Part shown: positions 28,646-38,313 of the stretch, in pieces
How the letters are laid out: every line of letters starts with the position of its first letter
Position numbering within the stretch: the first letter of the stretch is position 1
Assembly: GCA_032123355.1 (NCBI GenBank)
Contig: JAQBFM010000100.1
Span: 3,944 to 67,943, forward strand
Direction: 5' to 3'
Origin: Lentisphaerales bacterium
GTDB taxonomy: Bacteria; Verrucomicrobiota; Kiritimatiellia; SPBP01
DNA: 64,000 bases
Position numbers and translations under genes: made by a program
Notes under the pieces: generated by a model
Database searches by the model: none
What the model was told of the DNA's origin: nothing
The model's input: only the letters and a program-made list of their open reading frames with translations

Positions 28646-30094
28646 ATGCTCAAGTACGCGATTGTTGTGATTCTTGCCCTGCAGGTCGCAATGCCAGCCA
28701 TAGCCCACGAGACCGATATCGCGGCCCGTGAACGAAATAGGGCCATAGTCAATGCCGCCTACGAGGAGAAACTGCGCACGTGCGGCGATGACCCGAACAT
28801 GCTGATCCTCCCGGGACTCGTTGCAGATAGCACCGGCAAAACCGTCAGAATCACGTGCGAGGCAACCGGGATGAAGAAGACGGATCCGGCCGAATTCCTT
28901 GTCATTGCCGAGAACAGTGATCATGACTACGAGGCGTTTGCTGTGTCCCTGGCAAAGCCAAGCGACATTCACAAGGCGCTTGAGTTCATCGGAATCAAGC
29001 CAGGCTCTCCGGCCAACGCCGATAAGCTTCGTTTCTGGCCAAAGGGGGAACGCGTGATTATCACTTTCGAATGGGACATGCCCGAAAATGGTGACGCAGA
29101 TACACCCTCAGAGCGCCGGCGTGCGCGCGCCGAGTCACTCATGATGGACAAAGAAACGGGAACAACCCTGCCGGAAGACGGCTTTGTCTTCGTCGGATCG
29201 GCCTGGCTCGACGATCCCGATCATCCCGGGAAACGGTTCTACGCGGCCGACCGGCTGGGACCGAATGCAATTGTATCTCACTACAACGATCACGAAACAG
29301 TACTGGATGTACCGCGCCAGGCACCGCAGGGCCAGGTCTATGGACGTCAGGTGCCGTCTGATGCATATACTTTCACGAACGCAGGCCAGATAATTGAAGT
29401 GCTCCTTGAGCCTGAGTACAGGGACGGCCGTCAACGAGTCGCGGACATCAGGCTGAAGATCGCACCTGCACCGGGCAGGGAAGACACGGCCTCGACCATT
29501 GCAGATGTCGCCTTTGAACTCATTGAGGGTGAATCCACCGTTCTCGCCGGCGGGAATGATCTCAAAGACATGCTGGCCGTATTCGAACGCCTGGCATCGG
29601 ACGGCCGCGATCCGTTTGTAACCCTGGACCTGGACCCCCGCCTCAAGTTGAAAGTTGCCAAGGATCTCTCCCTGTTCCTGAGGTCTATTGATCGTATCGG
29701 GGGGATACGCATAGAGCCGCCGCCCGCCGGCCAATTGTATTACAAGTCATTCTCGCCTGGCGAAGCGCTTCGCGACAGGGCCAACGCTGTTGTACACCCG
29801 TGGGAACTGAGGCTGATGCAAGACAACGACAAAATCACCGGCACACTGACCTTCGTTGACGACGTCCTGAACGAGCAGACGGGAGAGGTAACTCTGCAGG
29901 TAACCGATTATCCCGCCTCGACCCTCGAGGAAATAGGCCGCGTGCTTGAAATGAAGGACAAGTTTGATCGACCCCTCGGCCTTATCGTCGCCGTCGTGTT
30001 CGCACCGGCAGACATGGAATACCGGGCACTCATGACATACGTCGGGAAAGTGTTGGAGACCCGCCCCACCGTGTGGGTATTCGCCGAAGAGTAA
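28646..30094 (+). CDS. Hypothetical secreted protein (483 aa, signal peptide, no recognisable domain)
   Basis: ATG at 28646 preceded by GGAGG at a 5-nt spacing. Signal peptide MLKYAIVVILALQVAMPAIAHE. The longer ORF from 28469 has no signal peptide or RBS. Confidence 0.6.
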   Translation: MLKYAIVVILALQVAMPAIAHETDIAARERNRAIVNAAYEEKLRTCGDDPNMLILPGLVADSTGKTVRITCEATGMKKTDPAEFLVIAENSDHDYEAFAVSLAKPSDIHKALEFIGIKPGSPANADKLRFWPKGERVIITFEWDMPENGDADTPSERRRARAESLMMDKETGTTLPEDGFVFVGSAWLDDPDHPGKRFYAADRLGPNAIVSHYNDHETVLDVPRQAPQGQVYGRQVPSDAYTFTNAGQIIEVLLEPEYRDGRQRVADIRLKIAPAPGREDTASTIADVAFELIEGESTVLAGGNDLKDMLAVFERLASDGRDPFVTLDLDPRLKLKVAKDLSLFLRSIDRIGGIRIEPPPAGQLYYKSFSPGEALRDRANAVVHPWELRLMQDNDKITGTLTFVDDVLNEQTGEVTLQVTDYPASTLEEIGRVLEMKDKFDRPLGLIVAVVFAPADMEYRALMTYVGKVLETRPTVWVFAEE

Positions 30095-30107
30095 TGCCCG
30101 GTGGGAC

Positions 30108-30443
30108 CGTGTGTGGGTGTGTGGGTTCAGGTGTTCAGCGTTCAGGTTTCAGGTGTCAGCCGTAGAGGATCGAAGCATGAATCGTCCTCGTCCTCGGAAG
30201 TTCAGGCCGGTTGTAGGACGATCGTTCAGCGTCCAGAAACGCCAGATGTCAGGTTCCATTTCCTTGTCGCAAGCTTCGTAGCGAACTTTGTCGATCAGTT
30301 ACTGCTGAACAGTTCCTGGTTATTCGTTCCTTGTTCCTGGTTGCCCACCTGTCCAATAATCTTTCTCCCACATAGGGTCTCACATACATGCAGTTCTCTG
30401 CGCCTCCGCGGGAGGTAATTCCTCTCTCACACACCCACACACG
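30108..30443. repeat. 304-bp AT-richer spacer flanked by perfect 16-bp inverted repeats CGTGTGTGGGTGTGTG (30108-30123) / CACACACCCACACACG (30428-30443); left end also carries four TTCAGG(T) near-tandem units
   Basis: Read directly from the sequence. Lies in the 366-bp gap between the secreted hypothetical gene and mutL. Confidence 0.9.
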
Positions 30444-30460
30444 TATCCCCTGGGCCGGCG

Positions 30461-32272
30461 TTACATCCTGCCAAATCTTCTTCGAAGTTCATCAAATGAA
30501 GTGAAGATAAGGGTGGGTCGTCCGTGCGGACAGGTATACGGCATGTCCGTCTGCACCAGGTCGACGACCAATCTCTCTATTTCCTCGAGGCTCATTCTGT
30601 CTCGCGCCCTTACGGATGCCTTACACGCGGCCTGGGCAACCGCTTCCTCGCGCCACATCTCGTGGCCCCTTCTCGATCCTCCCTGTTCCAGACTGGTAGA
30701 GATGTCAATCAGCAGGGAACGAGGTGACGTGCCGGAAAAGCAACCTGGCAGTGAATCCACCACGAATGAATCTCCCCCGAACTCGGCAACACCGAAGCCC
30801 ATCGCTTTTATGAGAGGCAGGTTCTTCCGTAGGCGCAAAGCATCCTCAGGGCTCAAGTCAACGGTTTCCGGCAGAAGAAGGCCCTGGCTTTCAACTTCCC
30901 CTTCGGACACCTGTGCCATGTAGCGTTCGAACATTACACGTTCATGTGCCGCGTGCGGATCCATTACAACAAAACCATCCTCGGTTTCCAGGAACACGTA
31001 GAGGCCACCCACCTGCCCCAGAACTCGACACCATGTCCACGGGGTCCCGGCATCACGGGAAGGCGGCGGCTCCGTAATCGTCTTCGAACTTTCGCTCGCC
31101 CCTGCACCGCTCATATCCTTCATGCGCGGATACCGGAATGTCCGCGAGAGCGGCAGATCATCTATCTTGAACTTCGCTTGCATCCCCGGGCCTCCGGTGG
31201 CACCGGGCTCGACCGAGGCATCGTTCCGCCGCGCATTCGCAATCGACTCCGGTCCTGCATAGCGCCCCGCCGTTCCCCCCGCTGACAGAGCTGATCGAAT
31301 GGCGCCAATAACCGCGTCACGCACCTCTGAGGATCGCCGAAAGCGCACCTCGCGCTTCGTCGGATGTACATTGACGTCAACGAGTGCCGGATCCATTGTG
31401 AGGAAGAGAAACACAGACGGATACCTGCCCCCCGGCAACAGGGAACGGTATCCTTCACTGACCGCATAGCTCAGCACGGGGCATGTTGCCGGCCTCTTGT
31501 TTACAAAGATAAATATCTCGTTTCTGTCCGCGCGATTCTCGGTTGGAATGCCGGCAAATCCCTCAATCCGAACATCGCCACTGGAAAACTCCAGTCTGCG
31601 GAAGCTCTTGAGATACCCGCTGCCGAACAATTCACCAATGCGATCCCCTAGAGAGGCATTCCCGGCAAGCCGGTAGAGTTCTCTACCGTCAATGGCCAGA
31701 CTCATGCCTATAGACGGATTGGCAATCGCCTGGACCAGGAAGACCTGCCGGATATGGTGCGATTCTGTTCGCTCGGACCGGAGAAACTTCCTCCTCGCCG
31801 GAACATTAAAGAAGACATCTCTGACCTCCACCCTGGTTCCCCTGGGGTGACCCGCATCCTTCACGTCGACCAGCTTGCCGCCTGACATCCTGATTTCCGT
31901 GCCGCCCTCTCCCTCGTCTGCGCATGTAGTCAATTTGAACCTGGAAACCGACGTGATTGCTGCAAGAGCCTCGCCGCGAAATCCCATGGAGCTCACGGTT
32001 TCTATGTCGTGCACGTCCCGGATCTTGCTGGTTGCGTGTCGTTCTATCGCCAGCAGCGCGTTATCCCCGTCCATCCCGCATCCGTTGTCCGACACCATCA
32101 CAAGTTTACGGCCTCCGGAAACCACCTCGATATCGACCTGGGTGGCATCTGCGTCGACGGAGTTCTCGATCAGTTCCTTCAACAGCGAACCGGGCCGTTC
32201 AACGACCTCACCTGCTGATATCTTGCTGGCAATCTCGTCAGAGAGAACGCGGATTTGTTGCTTACCGATCAT
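30461..32272 (-). CDS. mutL: DNA mismatch repair protein MutL
   Basis: GHKL ATPase N-terminus (ELIENSVDA, DNGCGM, GFRGEAL) and a MutL C-terminal dimerisation domain. Confidence 0.9.
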   Translation of the reverse strand: MIGKQQIRVLSDEIASKISAGEVVERPGSLLKELIENSVDADATQVDIEVVSGGRKLVMVSDNGCGMDGDNALLAIERHATSKIRDVHDIETVSSMGFRGEALAAITSVSRFKLTTCADEGEGGTEIRMSGGKLVDVKDAGHPRGTRVEVRDVFFNVPARRKFLRSERTESHHIRQVFLVQAIANPSIGMSLAIDGRELYRLAGNASLGDRIGELFGSGYLKSFRRLEFSSGDVRIEGFAGIPTENRADRNEIFIFVNKRPATCPVLSYAVSEGYRSLLPGGRYPSVFLFLTMDPALVDVNVHPTKREVRFRRSSEVRDAVIGAIRSALSAGGTAGRYAGPESIANARRNDASVEPGATGGPGMQAKFKIDDLPLSRTFRYPRMKDMSGAGASESSKTITEPPPSRDAGTPWTWCRVLGQVGGLYVFLETEDGFVVMDPHAAHERVMFERYMAQVSEGEVESQGLLLPETVDLSPEDALRLRKNLPLIKAMGFGVAEFGGDSFVVDSLPGCFSGTSPRSLLIDISTSLEQGGSRRGHEMWREEAVAQAACKASVRARDRMSLEEIERLVVDLVQTDMPYTCPHGRPTLIFTSFDELRRRFGRM

Positions 32273-32417
32273 AACGAGCCCTTAGCCTGTGCTCCGACGA
32301 TAGTTTCGACAGTGGCGCGTGTGCCGACTCCGACACATCAGCATGACGATTCTGGCAAATGACGGGTTCGAAGGCAATGTCGCCGTGGCTTCAGAAGCGA
32401 TACATGAAAGCGAGATC

Positions 32418-32855
32418 CTACGAATCCGGGACTTTACGGCCGGTTATGTGGGTCTCAACAATGTTGATAAGGTCCATGAGCTGATAAGGCTTTGGCAGAA
32501 ACGCCACCGCACCTTCGTCTAAGCATCCACTGACTTCATCGTCCATCGAATAACCCGAGGCAAGGATCACCCGCACGCCCGCGTTGATCTTCTTCATTTC
32601 ACGGAACGCAGTCATGCCGTCCATGTTGGGCATGACCATATCGCTAATCACAAGATCCACATCTTCGTGGTTGTCGCGGTAGAACTGAACGCCATCCGCC
32701 CCGTCAACACATGCGGAGACTTTGTAGCCCATCCGGTTAAGGGCTTTGACTGCAAAGCGACGGACGAGTTCGTCGTCGTCAATTAGCACGACATGCCCCT
32801 TAGTCCCGACTGATGCCGTCCCGTCAATCACGCGCGTATCTCCGTTTTCGGGCAA
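32418..32855 (-). CDS. Stand-alone response-regulator receiver (CheY-like)
   Basis: Receiver fold with DD, D (DLVISDMVMP) and K (LPKP) positions; no output domain. Confidence 0.8.
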   Translation of the reverse strand: MPENGDTRVIDGTASVGTKGHVVLIDDDELVRRFAVKALNRMGYKVSACVDGADGVQFYRDNHEDVDLVISDMVMPNMDGMTAFREMKKINAGVRVILASGYSMDDEVSGCLDEGAVAFLPKPYQLMDLINIVETHITGRKVPDS

Positions 32856-32868
32856 TGGAAACCACGTA

Positions 32869-35394
32869 TCAGACTATATACGTGGCGACGGCCTTTGACA
32901 AGTCCCCTACCCAGAAAGGTTTGGACAGGAAGTCCAGAGCCCCCTCGTGCAGGCATTCAGCAGCAGCACTTTCGGCAGAAAAGCCTGAAACTACGATAAC
33001 TCTTACGAGCGGGTTGATCTTCTTCATTTCACGAAAAACCGTCCGCCCATCAACGTTGGGCATGATCAGATCCAGGATAACCAGGTCGACCTCGCCGCTG
33101 TGCTGCCTGTAGAAATCTATCGCCTCGGCACCATCAGCGCACATGGAAACACGGTATCCCAACTTGCGCAGGGCGCGCGATGCCAGGGCCCTGATGCCCT
33201 CCTCGTCGTCCACAAGCATGACATGGCCCTTGCCGCGAATCATGCCCTCCTCCGACTTAATTGGCGACGCTGCCACCTTCTTGGCTGCCCCGACAGTAGG
33301 CAGGAACAGCGTGAACAGGGTTCCCTTTCCCGGCTCGCTTTCAACAGAAACGCTGCCGTGATGGTTCTTTACACATCCATAAACGGCGGCCAGTCCTAAC
33401 CCCGTGCCTTTCCCGGTCTGCTTTGTTGAGAAGAACGGCTCAAATATGCGCTTCATGACAGTGGCATCAATGCCCGTTCCCGTATCGGACACTTTGACCT
33501 GGAGATACTCACCCGGCGAGATGTCGTGCCCAAACTTCCTGCACATGTCCTTATCTACCATGATCATCGACGTGGCAAACGTTAATGTCCCGCCACTGGG
33601 CATTGCGTCCCTGGCATTGACCGCCAGGTTGAGCAATGCGCCGTGTAATTGCGTTGGATCGCCCATGATCATCGGTCGATCGGCTTGCAGGTCCTGCCGA
33701 ATATCTATGAGCTTGTCGATGCTGTGATGCAGCAGACTTACGACCTCGCGAATTGACTCGTGAATGTCGACGGCAACAACCTGATACTTTCCTTTTCGTG
33801 CATACGCCAGAAGTTGCTTTGTTAATTCGCTTGCCCGCTTCGTCGCCTTGACAACCTCTTCCAGCATTTCCGAAGCGTCCTCGCTCATGCCGTCTTCCAT
33901 CAAAAGCAGTTGCGCATTGCCCTGAATAGAGGTCATGATGTTATTGAAGTCGTGCGCCACGCCACCGGCAAGTTGTCCCATCGCCTCGAGCTTCTGCGAC
34001 TGCCTGATTTGCTCATCGAGCCGCTGTCTTTCCTCTTCCACCAGATGCTTCTGAGTGATATCAGAGAACATTACGATCACGCGTCCGTCACCCAGCGGAC
34101 GAGCCTGAATGTCAACATGCTTGATCTCGCCGTCAGATGCCGCGATTCTCATCGCAAACGGCTCGGAGTCGGGAAAATCTTCCTGGACCATCGTTTGCCA
34201 TTTATGCCAGATCCTGTCGCGGTACGCGGCATCCGGCAGGGCTCGCTCAACGACCGCTTCAACCGCTGCAATGTCTTCCGCGGAATACCCGCTGATCTCT
34301 GTAACTGCGCGATTAGTGTAGAGTATTTCGGTGCCCGCGCCCTGCCCTCCCAGTACCAACACGCCATGAGGGGCGTTCTTCAGCAGCGAGATCAAGCCGT
34401 TCTTCTCCGATCGAAGATTCCCCTCGTTCTGGAGCCGGCTTTCCAACTCGGATTCCAAGCCGTTGACCTGCGCCATCATCTCGGCCATTCGGGTCTTGTT
34501 GCGCGAGACAACCATCAGCAGAAGAAGGAGCATGGCAGCCAAACCGACCGCCGCAACTATAAGTAACACCAGTTTGCCGGGGTCGATGAAGTGTCTTCTG
34601 CGCGACTCAAGCCATTTGTCCTGAAGCCTTGCGAACTGACCCGAAGACATCACCTTGCTCAATCCCTCGTTCAGGCTATCAAGCAGTTCTTTGTTGCCGG
34701 TTCTCACCGCAAGACCATACTCGGCACGAAACAGCGGCTCCCCCACAGCTTCAATGCCGGGTATCCCGCTTTCAGCGACTATGTTGTTCGCCATTCGTCT
34801 GGGAAGCAGTGCGCTGTCATAGCCCTGGTGTGACAAGAGATGCAACGCATCTGTCACAGTATCGACGGGAACAATCCGGTTCTCACCATGCTTTGCCGCG
34901 AGATAGTCTTGCGCCGGCGAACCGCGCCGCACCAGGATCGACCTGCCCCTCGAGTTTTCGAGTGACCTGAATCCGGACCCGGTTCGGACAAAGAGTACAT
35001 AGTCGATGAACATGTGAGGTTTGACGAAATCAGCGTCAACCGGAATCCCCTTCACGTTGGCCAGTCCCGTCAGAATGTCTATCCGGTCCTCGGCAAGGCC
35101 TCTTCTTACTTCATCCCACGGGCCAAGTTCGATACTCACCTCCAGACCCGCTTGTCTTGCTACAGCCGTTAGAATCTCCACATTGAAACCCAGCACGCGG
35201 GAATCTTCATCAAGGTATTCATATGGCCGATACTTGTAGTCGCCGCCCGCTATCAAGACGCTGCGATGTGCCGGCCCGGCCGCTGCCGTGTGCGCAGTCG
35301 TCCCCTGTGCAAAACATATCCCGGCCGCAAATACACACAATGCGGCACAAATGTATACAACGGCTGATCCCAATCTGGCAGTGAAGGTCTTCAT
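32869..35394 (-). CDS. Hybrid sensor histidine kinase with periplasmic solute-binding (SBP_bac_3-like) sensor, TM, PAS, HisKA, HATPase and C-terminal receiver
   Basis: SBP-like N-terminus after the signal peptide, a TM helix (LVLLIVAAVGLAAMLLLLLMVV), the H-box VAHDFNNIMT, G-boxes GTGLGLAAV, and the receiver HVMLVDDEEG...DLVILDLIMP. Confidence 0.85.
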   Translation of the reverse strand: MKTFTARLGSAVVYICAALCVFAAGICFAQGTTAHTAAAGPAHRSVLIAGGDYKYRPYEYLDEDSRVLGFNVEILTAVARQAGLEVSIELGPWDEVRRGLAEDRIDILTGLANVKGIPVDADFVKPHMFIDYVLFVRTGSGFRSLENSRGRSILVRRGSPAQDYLAAKHGENRIVPVDTVTDALHLLSHQGYDSALLPRRMANNIVAESGIPGIEAVGEPLFRAEYGLAVRTGNKELLDSLNEGLSKVMSSGQFARLQDKWLESRRRHFIDPGKLVLLIVAAVGLAAMLLLLLMVVSRNKTRMAEMMAQVNGLESELESRLQNEGNLRSEKNGLISLLKNAPHGVLVLGGQGAGTEILYTNRAVTEISGYSAEDIAAVEAVVERALPDAAYRDRIWHKWQTMVQEDFPDSEPFAMRIAASDGEIKHVDIQARPLGDGRVIVMFSDITQKHLVEEERQRLDEQIRQSQKLEAMGQLAGGVAHDFNNIMTSIQGNAQLLLMEDGMSEDASEMLEEVVKATKRASELTKQLLAYARKGKYQVVAVDIHESIREVVSLLHHSIDKLIDIRQDLQADRPMIMGDPTQLHGALLNLAVNARDAMPSGGTLTFATSMIMVDKDMCRKFGHDISPGEYLQVKVSDTGTGIDATVMKRIFEPFFSTKQTGKGTGLGLAAVYGCVKNHHGSVSVESEPGKGTLFTLFLPTVGAAKKVAASPIKSEEGMIRGKGHVMLVDDEEGIRALASRALRKLGYRVSMCADGAEAIDFYRQHSGEVDLVILDLIMPNVDGRTVFREMKKINPLVRVIVVSGFSAESAAAECLHEGALDFLSKPFWVGDLSKAVATYIV

Positions 35395-35544
35395 ATGAGC
35401 ATGAGAGTAAATTCAAAACAATTTCGCAGGATTATAGTGCGGTGCAGCTTGCGGCGCAACCCGCAATCACGGGTCCGTAGCGGACAAAGAAAACGGGCGC
35501 CATGTTCATACATGACGCCCGTCAAATCAGCTCACAACGCCCTG

Positions 35545-37053
35545 CTAGAGCGCCACGTCAATCGCCAGGTCCTTCGCATCCTTTGCATCTTCTGCCTTGT
35601 TCGCGGCCTCCTCAACCCTGGCGTAAGTAGGAAGGTACCTGTAGTACACTTCCAGACACAGACAGGCCATGGTCGTGTCATAGACATCGCAGGCTTGATG
35701 CGTTGTTCCGCTTGCCCAGTGACCGTCATCAGCCTGGTTCTCAATGAGCATCGGCAGCATCGCCTTGTTCCATTTGGTCCACATGGCACCGCCGTGCTGG
35801 AACTTGGCCTGGGTCATGTAATACCAGCCATACGTGCCGAAGTCGTCTCCCTGCCAAGCCGGTGTCCTGTCGGCATATGCCTGCAACGACGATACCACCG
35901 CGCCGTCCTGGGCATGACCGACCAGCTGGAGGCAAAGCGCCCCGGCACCCGTCAATGTCGGCCTGTTGCCCACGCCGTCGTAGCCGAACCCGCCACCAGC
36001 CTGAGCAAAGCTCTTGACGCCAGCAACGCTCTTCTCAATGGATTCCTCGAGCCCATCGATATAAATACCTGCCAGCTTGGCCGCCTTGAGGGCCTGCACC
36101 TGCCAGCTCGTGACCGACATATCCCGGCGCCCTGCATCGTTGTAATCGTAGTTCCAAGCGCCGCCGGCCTGCTGGCCACCGGTGATAACCTTGACTGCTT
36201 TGATGACCGGGTCCTTGAGCATGACCATCTTGGTCATACCATAGGACTCCGCAAGCGCATACGTTGCAATAGCATGGCCGTAGACGTAGTGATCGCCCGC
36301 TTCCTTGAATCGGCCATCTTCGCCCTGGGCATACAGGAGGTATCTGATCGCGTTCTCAACCGTCCGCCCGAATTCGGGTGATGCCGGCGTTTCACCGTGT
36401 GCCATGTAGCACAACAGTGCCAGCCCACACATCGCCGTTTTTGACGGTCCGGCCCACGACCCATCCTCCAACTGATTTGCCTTCAGCCATCGCAGGGCCT
36501 TCAACACCGCAGTAAGACTGCCTCCTCCGCCGTGCTTGCCGACCGCGGCCGCTCGACCACCGCCTGTACGTGCACCATAAAGACCCCTGAGGACCATCGG
36601 GCTCGTAATGATGTCCACCGCCTGGGCAACCAGGTCATCCGTTGATTCATCACCAAACGACGGGGCCTCGTTAACAATGGTCGTCACATCGGCATCCTGA
36701 AGCTGATGGCTCGGGTCCATCGATACCACCTCTTCGACCGGCTCGGGCTCGGGAAGATCGTCCTCAATGATCTCTTCGAGTTCCTCGGTCTCGGGGTCAA
36801 CCATCACCACGTCCAACGTCGGCGGCGCAAGATTGCGGCTAATGCCAACAAAGAGCAGCAGCAGCAGGAGTACGGCTACGCACACGGCAGTTGATACGCT
36901 GGACGAACTGAAGAACCTCTGCATTTCGAACACGGCCCATTTATATTCGCCGGAATCTTTCGGAGCTTTCAGCCCCGCAAATACCTTCCGCCATTTCTCA
37001 CGCCACGACTCTTCTCCGATCTCGATCTGTTGCATCTGATAATCTTCCAGCAT
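35545..37053 (-). CDS. Membrane-anchored prenyltransferase/squalene-oxidase-repeat (alpha/alpha-toroid) protein, copy 1
   Basis: Start MLEDYQ... preceded by AAGGAGGA. ~60-aa cytoplasmic head (EESWREKWRKVFAGLKAP), TM helix (AVCVAVLLLLLLFVGI), acidic Pro/Glu linker, then QxxDGxW repeats (QLEDGSWAG, QGEDGRFKE, QQAGGAWNY, QADDGHWAS). No CGEQ thioester motif. Confidence 0.7.
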   Translation of the reverse strand: MLEDYQMQQIEIGEESWREKWRKVFAGLKAPKDSGEYKWAVFEMQRFFSSSSVSTAVCVAVLLLLLLFVGISRNLAPPTLDVVMVDPETEELEEIIEDDLPEPEPVEEVVSMDPSHQLQDADVTTIVNEAPSFGDESTDDLVAQAVDIITSPMVLRGLYGARTGGGRAAAVGKHGGGGSLTAVLKALRWLKANQLEDGSWAGPSKTAMCGLALLCYMAHGETPASPEFGRTVENAIRYLLYAQGEDGRFKEAGDHYVYGHAIATYALAESYGMTKMVMLKDPVIKAVKVITGGQQAGGAWNYDYNDAGRRDMSVTSWQVQALKAAKLAGIYIDGLEESIEKSVAGVKSFAQAGGGFGYDGVGNRPTLTGAGALCLQLVGHAQDGAVVSSLQAYADRTPAWQGDDFGTYGWYYMTQAKFQHGGAMWTKWNKAMLPMLIENQADDGHWASGTTHQACDVYDTTMACLCLEVYYRYLPTYARVEEAANKAEDAKDAKDLAIDVAL

Positions 37054-37373
37054 GATCCCTTCCTCCTTGTTGGCACACACCTAACCTGATAATCGACGTT
37101 CTATACCTTAAACGCTACGCACGCGACATTTCTTAGCTACCCGGCAAATATCTTCACATGTGGGGTTGCGGCCATAGTGCCTTACCATCCCAACGCCAAC
37201 GAAACGAACGACCTAAGTGGCTCTACCAACACGCATTGTGGCTATCCGCCGGACAGGACCGCCTTCACCTGGGCCGATTCGGCCACCAGCGGACGCATCA
37301 GAAAGAAAGGCCGCCGATGATGCGCAATCAGCTGACGGTGAGAGGATCTGATCGCCGCATAAAAACGGCCTGA

Positions 37374-37820
37374 TTACGAGCTGCCACGGGCAGGCGGCAG
37401 CGTGACAACCGAAAGGTTGACCAGGCCCACTTTGGCGCAGAGATCGAGAACCGCAACAAGGCTGTAGTGACTGGAGGCCTCCGCACATTGGATGAGAATT
37501 GTCTGCCTCGAACTCCGGCTCGCTATCTTTCTCAGGTTTTGCTCCATGACATCCAGCCGCGTCCGCATCTGGTTCAGCATGAACCTGTGATTCTTCAGGA
37601 CCGTAATGCGAACCATGTCTTCTATCTGCTCCTCTGGACGCGCATTGGGGTCCGGCGCGGGACGAAACACATCAAGGTGACCGATCACGTCTATCGGCCT
37701 GAGCGTAACAATGAAGAAGATGAGGAGCTGAAACACTACATCGATCATAGGCGTCATTGGCATCTCCGCCTCTTGATCACCGGTCTTTTCTCGGATCTTT
37801 CTCTTTCGTTTCCTTGCCAT
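37374..37820 (-). CDS. exbD: Biopolymer transport protein ExbD/TolR
   Basis: MTPMIDVVFQLLIFFIVT N-terminal TM signature; ~148 aa. Confidence 0.85.
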   Translation of the reverse strand: MARKRKRKIREKTGDQEAEMPMTPMIDVVFQLLIFFIVTLRPIDVIGHLDVFRPAPDPNARPEEQIEDMVRITVLKNHRFMLNQMRTRLDVMEQNLRKIASRSSRQTILIQCAEASSHYSLVAVLDLCAKVGLVNLSVVTLPPARGSS

Positions 37821-37833
37821 GGATCGACTCCCG

Positions 37834-38277
37834 CTACCTGCCGCCGCCGCGATTCTCGGTGGCTGCGTGTTTCATTGCAGCAAACTTGATTCTGTATAAA
37901 CCGACGCGCGCGCACGCATCCATCGCGCGCCTGATATACTTGTGAGTAGCGTGCACATCACCCCGGATAAGGATTGGTATGTTCGCGCCGGCTCGTCTGA
38001 CAGTATTCTTGAGCACCATGTTCAGCCCTCTCAGATCATAGGGCGCACTGCCAATATAGTACCTGCCGCGACGATCGACCTGGACCGTTATTTGCCTGGG
38101 ATCCTTCCTCGGTTCCTCGCGCGAATAGGGAGCTACCGGAAGTGTAATAGCCTCCAGAATGGATTCCTGATCCAGGTTGACCGTAACAATGAAGAATATG
38201 ATGAGCTGGAACACGACGTCGATCATCGGCGTCATGTTGATTTCCGCTTCGTACTGTTTCTTGCGCTTCCTGGCCAT
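37834..38277 (-). CDS. exbD: Biopolymer transport protein ExbD/TolR (second copy)
   Basis: NMTPMIDVVFQLIIFFIVT signature; ~147 aa. Confidence 0.85.
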   Translation of the reverse strand: MARKRKKQYEAEINMTPMIDVVFQLIIFFIVTVNLDQESILEAITLPVAPYSREEPRKDPRQITVQVDRRGRYYIGSAPYDLRGLNMVLKNTVRRAGANIPILIRGDVHATHKYIRRAMDACARVGLYRIKFAAMKHAATENRGGGR

Positions 38278-38313
38278 ACCGTCGCTCCCGTGTCTTACCT
38301 GAGTCGCGTACGA

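Noticed and set aside
30101-30418. 105-aa ORF inside the IR-flanked element
   Set aside because: It has Ser runs and low-complexity composition, begins inside the GT-repeat arm and has no RBS. More likely non-coding.
35395-36381. Mirrored ORFs 35395..36381 (plus) and 46511..47212 (minus) that resemble each other
   Set aside because: They are antisense shadows of the two paralogous toroid genes. Their similarity only reflects the nucleotide duplication and is not an additional gene family.
35545-37053. Alpha-2-macroglobulin-like thioester domain in the toroid proteins
   Set aside because: No CGEQ thioester motif in either copy. The repeats are of the QxxDGxW prenyltransferase/squalene-cyclase type.
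37081-37373. Intrinsic terminator between exbD and toroid copy 1
   Set aside because: Only a weak GGCCG/CGGC stem with TTTTTAT is present, which is not convincing. The gap more likely carries a promoter plus the strong RBS of the toroid gene, so the question of operon structure is left open.
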